Source of the DNA: Caedimonas varicaedens
Lineage (GTDB): Bacteria; Pseudomonadota; Alphaproteobacteria; Caedimonadales; Caedimonadaceae
DNA: 32,000 bases
Direction: 5' to 3'
Assembly (NCBI GenBank): GCA_001192655.1
Contig: BBVC01000007.1
Span: 1-32,000 of the forward strand
Shown: in pieces, positions 1-7,130 of the stretch
Position numbering within the stretch: position 1 is the stretch's first letter
Layout of the letters: every line of letters starts with the position of its first letter
Notes under the pieces: generated by a model
What the model saw: only the letters and a program-made list of their open reading frames with translations
What the model was told of the DNA's origin: nothing
Databases searched by the model: none
Translations under genes and position numbers: made by a program

Positions 1-728
1 CTGATCTGGTGGTTCAGGATGCAGAAGAAAATAAATACGTTGTGGAAATCGAGCGGTGCTTTACGCCCAACTTTATGCACAAGGCTTGTTTTAATACCTC
101 TCGTTTGGTGGTGGACAGCATCTCGGGCAATCAGGACTACACCACCCTCAAGAAAGTGTTTCACATCAGTTTGTTGTACTTCTCCACCCAGGAGATGAAA
201 AAGCCCATTTATCACGGCAAGACGATTATTCATGAAATTGACACCGCCCATCCTGTGGATTTTAGGATTGCCAATCAGGGGTTGGTGATGTTTGAACACA
301 AGAACATCTTTCCCGAGTATTTCTTTATCTCCATTCCTCTTTTTAATGAGGTGATCACTCAAGAGATTGACGAGTGGCTTTACATGATGAAGCATTGTGA
401 GGTGCGGGATGATTTTAAATCTCCCACTATGAAGAAGGTTGCGGAGCGTTTAGCTGTTCTGAAAATGAGTAAGGAAGAGCGCACGGACTATTATCGCTAT
501 TTGAAAGAAGCTGTCTACTCTCAGGATATTCTCATGGCCGCAGAGCAAAAAGGGGAAGCAAGGGGAATAGAAAAGGGAATCGAAAAGGGAATCGAAAAGG
601 GAAAAGCCGAGGGAAAAGCTGAGGAGAAGATTGACATTGCGCGCAATCTTGTCAAGCAGGGGTTGGATATTGATGTGATTTGTCAGGCAACGGGGCTTTC
701 CCTTGAGACCATCAAAGAGTTGACGTGA
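1..728 (+). CDS. Rpn-family (YhgA-like, PD-(D/E)XK) recombination-promoting nuclease / putative transposase, 5'-truncated by the window edge
   Basis: The frame is open from the first bases of the window. The N-terminal DLVVQDAEENKYVVEIER fits the D...D-x-E-I-(Q/E) nuclease core of the Rpn/PDDEXK_2 family. The C-terminal helical (E/K)G-rich segment (AAEQKGEARGIEKGIEKGIEKGKAEGKAEEK) followed by IARNLVKQGLDIDVICQATGLS is typical of Rpn C-termini. Confidence 0.75.
   Translation, partial: DLVVQDAEENKYVVEIERCFTPNFMHKACFNTSRLVVDSISGNQDYTTLKKVFHISLLYFSTQEMKKPIYHGKTIIHEIDTAHPVDFRIANQGLVMFEHKNIFPEYFFISIPLFNEVITQEIDEWLYMMKHCEVRDDFKSPTMKKVAERLAVLKMSKEERTDYYRYLKEAVYSQDILMAAEQKGEARGIEKGIEKGIEKGKAEGKAEEKIDIARNLVKQGLDIDVICQATGLSLETIKELT
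564..599 (+). repeat. In-frame 12-bp tandem repeat, 3 copies (GGAATMGAAAAG, encoding GIEK-GIEK-GIEK) inside the Rpn C-terminal region
   Basis: Read directly: ggaatagaaaag ggaatcgaaaag ggaatcgaaaag, followed by a degenerate fourth unit ggaaaagccgag. Confidence 0.9.
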
Positions 729-3309
729 TGGCTCGTTTGATCTGCTCTGCTAAAGAGGGTCGATTTTTCTCAACAATCGTCATTAAAAAAAGTCCTTTGC
801 CCTGACTGTGTTCTGCCCATAAGTGACCGATGCGCGCCTTTTCTTTGCTGTCATCGTTGGTGGCGTAAATCTTGCCCTTATGTTCAATGATCAGAATCCG
901 ACCATCTTGTAACTCTGCGATAAAATCAGGGTAGAATTTACCTGTGGAGAGGGGAAGCCAAAAACCCTGCTGATCCAAATTGCGTACCCAATATTTGATC
1001 TCCGCTGTTAAATCAAGGGCTTTGGCACAGTCAAACTCTTCACCTTTATTCTCAAGTTTGCCGATTTGAGCATAGTAATGTTTGGTAAATTCATAAGGAT
1101 AACCTACATACGTGACAGAGGGATGGTATTGGTCAGGCATAAATTGAAAATCTCCAACTAGTCTAACATCTGAAACAGAAGCACTCAATACTTGTTCATA
1201 CCCCCGTTCCACACAATGAAAACGGTGTTGATCTATTTTTCTTTTGAGGACTTTAGACAAAACATAACGCCATCGTACTAACGCAGTGAGAGGGATGTCT
1301 CTTTTTTCAATAAGAAACTGAAGGCTACCCTTTATGTAGGAAAACATCTCACTCTGAGAAATATCCTGTTGCCTGACTTCTTTCTCCAGCCAACGACAAA
1401 GTTGTTCGGATGTCCATCCGGTATCGACCAAATCAAGCTCTTGCTGTTCGGCTCTGCCTAAGGACTTGTGCGTGATATGTCCCTGGTCGTTTAAATCAAT
1501 TTCCCATTGCACGCCATTTTCTGTGAAGCAAAAATCATCTTCTGTGATCTCAACAGAACAATGACTTAAGTCCCAATTTCCTATTTCTAAAAAGATATCT
1601 CGTTCCATAAGACGAAGATCATCCTCTAAATGAAGATAAAGACGTGGCACAATAAATGGAATCCCTTTTTGTGCTGAAGATTGCCTCTCCGCATAATGCT
1701 TGTTATGAATGTCAAAATTCAGAGACAAAGTTTCCCGTAGCTCTTTTGTTGGCAATGCTTTCATCAGATCATTTTGGATTGACAAATTCATATGTCCTCG
1801 AATCAGCAAGCGACTGCGCGATCCATTTTGTTCCAACGTGATGTGTGGTTCATTGAGAATAAGAGGAGCAATATAAGGTTCAACGCCTTCTGGCAGATCA
1901 ACAACTGATTGATCCTGAGCAGAATGTTGATTTTCAGAAAACAACGAAGGCTGTGGATCAACAAAGCGAGCGACCTCATTTTTTTCAAATCCCATATCTA
2001 CTAAAGCATCGCATAGTTGCTTGGCGGCATCGCGCCAAGAGGATTGACACACATAAGCATAAGCTCGATTAAGATCAGCATGAGCGCGCTTCCTAGCATA
2101 AGGCATTCTCAAAACACGTCCCAGAATTTGCTCAACATCTTTCTTGGAATAGATGGTTGCTACAGAACAAAACACATAAGCAAAAGAGCAATCCCATCCT
2201 TCTTTTAAGGCTTCTATAGTCAGGACAAATTTGATCGGACACTCAGGTGACAACAGATTAATGCCGTCTAACTCTTTTTGAGTCCCCGTGACAATGGCAA
2301 TTTCATGTCTGGGTATTTTCTCCTGTTCCAGCAGATGATTGAGTAAAACGCCTTGCGTAATGTCTTTGTTTTTTTCTTCAGCCTGAAACAGCACAATAGG
2401 GCGAATATAATCTTTTTCCTGACGGGCAACATCCTCAAGGCGTTGACGCATGAGAATGCTCTCTTTGACCGCTTCTTCCCACGTATTATGAGAAATAAGA
2501 CGAATAGGGAGTTTAATCATCTCTTCAGCTTTGAGTTCTGCTGCGGAGATGGAGCAAAGAATATTACTGTTCATAGGAGGTGTCGCTGTAAATTCCACGA
2601 CAGAAGACGCATTAATTCTTTTTAAGACTTCAACGCTAAGGGATGATGTATGATTATGGGCTTCATCGACAATCACGAGAGGGCGATGCATGGCCAAAAC
2701 ATTGCGAAAAGAAAAGAGAATGCTTCCATTCTCTTTACGTTCTAAAATCGAGTTATCTCCTGAAAAATCGGCAAAATGAGCCTCTAAATTCTCATGATGA
2801 TCATAGACTTTACGGCCTTCAGTGGTATTGGTGACGCGAAGGCTGGCAAACGTACCTACAATAATGCACGCACCCTGAAGATCGGTTGGCGTCAGAGTGT
2901 CAAAATCGCTGATGTCGATCACTTTGAAACGTCCGTTAAAGGCTTCTCGCAACGTCTCATAATTGGGATGCCCCGGCTTTTTAAGAGTCTGAAGCGTTTG
3001 GGTGCGAATCGTATTGGTCGGCACCAGCCATAAAGCAACAGGATAGTCTCTCTCTAGATAAGATTGAGAAGCAATTTTAACTGTATGCGCCGATAAAAAT
3101 GTTTTGCCTCCCCCTGTTGGCAACCGCAAACAAATATAGGGAATCCTTTCTAATCCTTTCAAAGGTTGATAAAGACAAGGATTCTTTCCGTCAGCTTCTT
3201 GCATCATGCTGTCATAAGCAGGTTTTGCGCCTATAGCACGCGCAGCTTCAAGATAAGAGTTTAAAGTTTTTAAAACTGTGAGTTGATAGTTTTTAAGAGC
3301 AAAAATCAT
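712..3309 (-). CDS. res: Type III restriction enzyme Res subunit (SF2 helicase plus C-terminal PD-(D/E)XK nuclease)
   Basis: 865-aa ORF. Helicase motif I is LRLPTGGGKTF and the DEAH box is LVIVDEAHNH. The C-terminal nuclease motif is YPDFIAEL...ILIIEHKGK. The start codon overlaps the stop of the upstream methylase (TAATG), as in mod-res operons. Confidence 0.85.
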   Translation of the reverse strand: MIFALKNYQLTVLKTLNSYLEAARAIGAKPAYDSMMQEADGKNPCLYQPLKGLERIPYICLRLPTGGGKTFLSAHTVKIASQSYLERDYPVALWLVPTNTIRTQTLQTLKKPGHPNYETLREAFNGRFKVIDISDFDTLTPTDLQGACIIVGTFASLRVTNTTEGRKVYDHHENLEAHFADFSGDNSILERKENGSILFSFRNVLAMHRPLVIVDEAHNHTSSLSVEVLKRINASSVVEFTATPPMNSNILCSISAAELKAEEMIKLPIRLISHNTWEEAVKESILMRQRLEDVARQEKDYIRPIVLFQAEEKNKDITQGVLLNHLLEQEKIPRHEIAIVTGTQKELDGINLLSPECPIKFVLTIEALKEGWDCSFAYVFCSVATIYSKKDVEQILGRVLRMPYARKRAHADLNRAYAYVCQSSWRDAAKQLCDALVDMGFEKNEVARFVDPQPSLFSENQHSAQDQSVVDLPEGVEPYIAPLILNEPHITLEQNGSRSRLLIRGHMNLSIQNDLMKALPTKELRETLSLNFDIHNKHYAERQSSAQKGIPFIVPRLYLHLEDDLRLMERDIFLEIGNWDLSHCSVEITEDDFCFTENGVQWEIDLNDQGHITHKSLGRAEQQELDLVDTGWTSEQLCRWLEKEVRQQDISQSEMFSYIKGSLQFLIEKRDIPLTALVRWRYVLSKVLKRKIDQHRFHCVERGYEQVLSASVSDVRLVGDFQFMPDQYHPSVTYVGYPYEFTKHYYAQIGKLENKGEEFDCAKALDLTAEIKYWVRNLDQQGFWLPLSTGKFYPDFIAELQDGRILIIEHKGKIYATNDDSKEKARIGHLWAEHSQGKGLFLMTIVEKNRPSLAEQIKRAITSTL

Positions 3310-4823
3310 TATGAGGCCTTCACATCGTAAGGTGTTTGTTTAAAAATGATCCCTAATGGTTTGAGCCGTTCCACGCTCAATCTGGATGCTTCTCCATAAA
3401 TCACCTTTTGACCCTCATAGACGGGTAAAGATTGCAGAATTTTCCAAGTCAACACATTTCCTCCATGAGGGCGCTTATCTCTCAAAATACCATTATATAA
3501 GAGATAGTAAGCAATATCCTTATAGATACCTAAGAAAGGACTGCTGGCTTCATCTGTTAATGCCGTATGCGTTTCTGAAAACCAGATATGAGCTGCCAGA
3601 TGAGGAAATTTAATAGCAGAATTAATGCGACCTTCAGAATCAAAAATAGGGGCGCCCAAGCGATAAAAACGATAGCCTCCCCCTCCTTGCCAACCCACAG
3701 ATTCTGATATGCCTCCTTGTTCCCCGCTAATGACCTTACGTAAACGCGGAACACAGTGCGTGATGGCATGATCTCCCATCTCTATACCGATATAGTTCCT
3801 GCCCATTTTATGGGCAACAGCCGCTGTCGTACCAGAGCCAAGGAAAGAGTCAAGCACAAGATCGCCTTCTTTCGTGGCTATTTGAAAAATGCGATGGATC
3901 AGACGTTCTGGCTTTGGAGTGGAAAAAATTTCAATATTTTTGAAAAGAGATAAAATTTCTTGTTTTGCTTGTTGGTTATGTCCTGCTTCATCATTAGACC
4001 ACCAAGTCCATGACTGCCTACCTTCTGTTTCAGAAAGATAATTTTTTCTTCTAGGTACTCCTTTGTCATCTTTACCAAACCAAAAACGACCATCAGAACG
4101 TTGCGCAAGATAGACATCTTCGACATTTTTCCAACAACGTCCTTCAGGCGGAGTATATTTTTTTCCTCCCGGAGTTACGATCGCATACATCTGATTGGGG
4201 CGATAGCCTTGTGCGGAAAAATCTCTTGACACCCAAGCTCCGCGAGGATCGTTATCCGGATTTTTATATTCTTTTAGTTGTTTTTCATATATGGGCAACA
4301 GATGTGCTGAGTTTTTAAATAAACTGCTGTTTTTTGCAAAAACAAGTATATTGTCATGAGCATCACCTAAAACAATTCTAAAATCTGGCGATGTACGTTT
4401 TTGCCACACGACATTTGCCACAAAGTTTTTTCTTCCAAAAATTTCATCCATAATAACTTTGAGATAGTGCGCCTCATGATCATCAATAGTGACCCATATG
4501 CTACCATCTTCTGACAAAAGCTCTCTCAACAGCTTGATCCTGGGAAACATCATTCCTAACCATTGGCTGTGTTCCAAGTTATCGTCATAATGCTCAAAAG
4601 CACTCTTGGTATTATAAGGAGGATCAATAAAGATACATTTGACGCGACCGGCATAATAAGGGAGCAAGGATTTTAGAGCGTGCAGGTTATCTCCTTGAAT
4701 CAACATATTAGATGTACGCTGATCCCCTGCACTATGGAGATCATCCGCTTCTAGCAATCGATAGGGAACATCTTCCGTGATTTTTGTGTGCTGATTTCGA
4801 TTCAGCCAGCTTAAAAGAGGCAT
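3309..4823 (-). CDS. mod: Type III R-M Mod subunit, beta-class amino-DNA methyltransferase (N6-A or N4-C)
   Basis: 504-aa ORF. Catalytic motif IV (CIFIDPPYNT) comes before the SAM-binding motif I (DSFLGSGTTAAVA), which is the beta-class order. It lies immediately upstream of res and is translationally coupled to it. Confidence 0.85.
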   Translation of the reverse strand: MPLLSWLNRNQHTKITEDVPYRLLEADDLHSAGDQRTSNMLIQGDNLHALKSLLPYYAGRVKCIFIDPPYNTKSAFEHYDDNLEHSQWLGMMFPRIKLLRELLSEDGSIWVTIDDHEAHYLKVIMDEIFGRKNFVANVVWQKRTSPDFRIVLGDAHDNILVFAKNSSLFKNSAHLLPIYEKQLKEYKNPDNDPRGAWVSRDFSAQGYRPNQMYAIVTPGGKKYTPPEGRCWKNVEDVYLAQRSDGRFWFGKDDKGVPRRKNYLSETEGRQSWTWWSNDEAGHNQQAKQEILSLFKNIEIFSTPKPERLIHRIFQIATKEGDLVLDSFLGSGTTAAVAHKMGRNYIGIEMGDHAITHCVPRLRKVISGEQGGISESVGWQGGGGYRFYRLGAPIFDSEGRINSAIKFPHLAAHIWFSETHTALTDEASSPFLGIYKDIAYYLLYNGILRDKRPHGGNVLTWKILQSLPVYEGQKVIYGEASRLSVERLKPLGIIFKQTPYDVKAS

Positions 4824-4981
4824 ACATAAGCTTTCGTTTATATTGTTCTCTAAGATTACGCCAAGACTATCAGCATCAATGAAAATATTTTTCAGAGACT
4901 ACTTTTGTGTCCAAATCATTTTTATAGATTTTTATAGAAATATTCAAGATTCAGACAGAAGAATAAAAAAGATGTTTCGAA

Positions 4982-5271
4982 TGATAAAAAAGGGATTCAC
5001 ATTACTCAAGAAATATGGTTGAGTGAAGAAGAATTTTTTGGCAGCCTGCGGGCATAAAAACCGAGGAAAATCAACAGAATGGCTCAATCATTAGGAATCA
5101 ATCAGTTCGAGGGGTGTAGCGCCCACCAACCGAACTTCTCCAGAAGTTGAATTGGTGGCAGAATTCCAAGAAAGTGTTGATTTGCAATAGGTTTGAGGCA
5201 TCGTTACCCTCTAAAAATATATTTCTTCACTCAACCACATTTCTTCGGTAATGTGAATCTCTTTTTTATCA
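4982..5271. mobile_element. MITE-like non-coding element with about 48-bp terminal inverted repeats
   Basis: 4983-5030 (gataaaaaagggattcacattactcaagaaatatggttgagtgaagaa) matches the reverse complement of 5223-5270 at 44 of 48 positions. The roughly 190-bp core has no long ORF and contains a 7+7 bp hairpin (5123-5159). The element lies in the mod/MFS intergenic space. Confidence 0.6.
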
Positions 5272-5329
5272 AAGAGGAGATTTTTTGATGACGTCGTTTC
5301 TCAAGAGACGTTTGCCGCACGGCCTGGGT

Positions 5330-6535
5330 TCAAACTTTTCTCCAGGCATTCATCAGAAAAAGGCAACAAAGCGCAAAGAGCGCAACGCAAGACGAGGTGA
5401 GAAATCCGATAGAAAGAGAAAAATGATGCGCAATATATCCAATGGCACTGTTCGATAGAAAAAGCATGATCCCCATCAGAGCATAATAAATACCAAAAGC
5501 GCTTCCTCTAGTCTCTGTAGGTGTTGTCTCAGCAATCCTTGTCATGAATAAACTTTGGGTCATCCCCACTTGAACCCCCCATAGAAAAGCTCCGAACAGA
5601 ATATCAAGAGGCGTAGAGGAGAAAGCAAAAACAATGCCCGAAAGTGCTGTCACCAAAAACCCAAAGCCAAGAATCCAGGTATGGCCTATCTTATCGGAAA
5701 TATAACCTATAGGATAAGCAACTGCCGTGGTTGCCATATTCTGGACGATCATCACCAGAGGCGCGATGATTTGAGTTTGAGCGATCGCTTCAGAATGTAA
5801 CAATATAAAAGCTCCGCTATAATTGGAGAGCATGAACAGAGAAGCCATCATCACAACGCTCCAATAAGTCACTGGCAACTTTTTAAGGTGAATCACTTTA
5901 AAGACAAGCTTTTCTTGAGGACTCGAAGAACTGAAAGGAACTTCTTTCACTTTCCAAATAAGAATCATGAAGGCGATAATGGGAGATATGGCCGCTATTA
6001 AAAAGAAAGTAAAGTAGCGATTGTCACAGGAATGAAAGAAGATGATCATGATCAAGGCGCCTGCGAAAGACCCAGCTGTACTGAGAGATTGCCTGAGTCC
6101 ATAACAGGCGCCCTTCTTAGACCCATGAAGGGATGTAATATCTCCCACGAGCGCTTCTCGAGGAGCAGCATGCAAGCCATTGCCAAGACGGTCAAGACTT
6201 TTGGCCAGAAAGAAACCCATAAAGCTCGAACTCATCATAAACAAGGGTCTGGAAAGCACGATTAAAGCAGAAGAAAAAAGTAAAATCGGCGTTCTTCTTC
6301 GACAATAATCACTGATCACACCTGAGAACATTCTGATCGCCCAAGCTATAAAATCAACGGTACCTTGCAGAATTCCAATGCTGAACGTTGTCACCCCTAA
6401 AACGCTGACAAGATAGGAAGGGGAAAGCGTAAAAATAATAATGGAAGAAAAATTGATGAGAAAAGAAACAAAGCCGATCATCCAAATATCTTTTGGAAGA
6501 GAAGAAGCTGGTTCTATTTTACGAAGAGGTTCCAT
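5330..6535 (-). CDS. MFS-type transporter (about 12 TM segments)
   Basis: 401-aa, very hydrophobic ORF with repeated TM-like segments. An MFS loop 2-3-like motif (GVISDYCRRRTPIL) is present. The substrate is not inferable. Confidence 0.75.
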   Translation of the reverse strand: MEPLRKIEPASSLPKDIWMIGFVSFLINFSSIIIFTLSPSYLVSVLGVTTFSIGILQGTVDFIAWAIRMFSGVISDYCRRRTPILLFSSALIVLSRPLFMMSSSFMGFFLAKSLDRLGNGLHAAPREALVGDITSLHGSKKGACYGLRQSLSTAGSFAGALIMIIFFHSCDNRYFTFFLIAAISPIIAFMILIWKVKEVPFSSSSPQEKLVFKVIHLKKLPVTYWSVVMMASLFMLSNYSGAFILLHSEAIAQTQIIAPLVMIVQNMATTAVAYPIGYISDKIGHTWILGFGFLVTALSGIVFAFSSTPLDILFGAFLWGVQVGMTQSLFMTRIAETTPTETRGSAFGIYYALMGIMLFLSNSAIGYIAHHFSLSIGFLTSSCVALFALCCLFLMNAWRKV

Positions 6536-6657
6536 AAATTTTTATATCCGCATTCACATAAGAAAGCAAACGCCGATCAAATGTTGACTTTTACACAATA
6601 AAATGAAACTCCCCCCGAATTTTCTCCCCTCTATCAATAGCACGCATAGATGACCGA

Positions 6658-6696
6658 ACTTAACAACCCTCGATTATAAATTGAGGGTTGTTAAGT
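6658..6696. repeat. Perfect 14-bp-stem inverted repeat (acttaacaaccctc / gagggttgttaagt) with an 11-nt AT-rich loop
   Basis: Read directly. No T-tract follows on either strand, so it is not a classical terminator. It could be an operator or an RNA hairpin. Confidence 0.8.
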
Positions 6697-6763
6697 ATGA
6701 CTGTTGGTGCGGTAACTTCTCATAGGGTAAACTTCGTCGTTGACACGACTTCAGGGTACCTTC

Positions 6764-6790
6764 CCTTCACCTGAAAGGCGAGGGTTTTTT
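6764..6790 (+). terminator. Candidate rho-independent terminator (plus strand)
   Basis: ccttcacc-tgaaa-ggcgaggg forms 7 of 8 pairs including one G-U, followed by TTTTTT (6785-6790). No annotated plus-strand gene ends here. Confidence 0.45.
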
Positions 6791-6819
6791 ATAATCCCCG
6801 TACGGGACAGTAATATATC

Positions 6820-6847
6820 TTGACAGGAATCTTGAGATAGCTACTAT
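6820..6847 (+). promoter_or_regulatory. Sigma70-type promoter for the riboswitch-nrdAB transcript
   Basis: TTGACA (6820-6825), a 16-nt spacer, then TACTAT (6842-6847), about 15 nt upstream of the riboswitch. Confidence 0.55.
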
Positions 6848-6860
6848 ATGTAGTGTTTTT

Positions 6861-7040
6861 ACGGTGCATCAAAGGGATGACCTGCGATGCTTAAAAGGGA
6901 ATTCGGTGCGAAGCATATTTCAATACCGGAGCTGCCCCCGCAACTGTAAGCGGCGCGTTACTTGATCATGATGTCACTGGGAAACTGGGAAGACGGATCA
7001 GGCTGACAATAAGCCACAAGCCAGGAGACCTGCCGGAAAA
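6861..7040 (+). promoter_or_regulatory. Cobalamin (B12) riboswitch aptamer in the nrdA leader
   Basis: Contains the conserved cobalamin-element blocks AAAAGGGAAttcGGTG, GCTGCCCCCGCAACTGTAAGCGG and GTCACTGGGAAactGGGAAGAC, plus the B12 box AAGCCAGGAGACCTGCC (7018-7034). Downstream, a T-tract (7081-7084) and a cctct/agagg hairpin (7109-7125) could occlude the nrdA SD. Confidence 0.85.
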
Positions 7041-7130
7041 CAATTCGCAACCATCGGGCGGGGTGCACCGGTTGAGGGCTTTTTATCTCTGCTTTCAGCA
7101 AATCCTGTCCTCTGATAAATAGAGGTTATT

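Noticed and set aside
3309-4823. Looked for a phase-variable simple-sequence repeat in the Type III mod gene
   Set aside because: No homopolymer or short tandem tract of meaningful length was seen in or just upstream of mod. The only nearby repeat is a 10-bp x2 (atttttatag) in the promoter region (4918-4937).
4982-5271. Considered whether the long-stem element is a retron msr/msd or a type I toxin-antitoxin locus
   Set aside because: No reverse transcriptase gene is nearby, and there is no hydrophobic small ORF. The terminal inverted-repeat architecture fits a MITE better.
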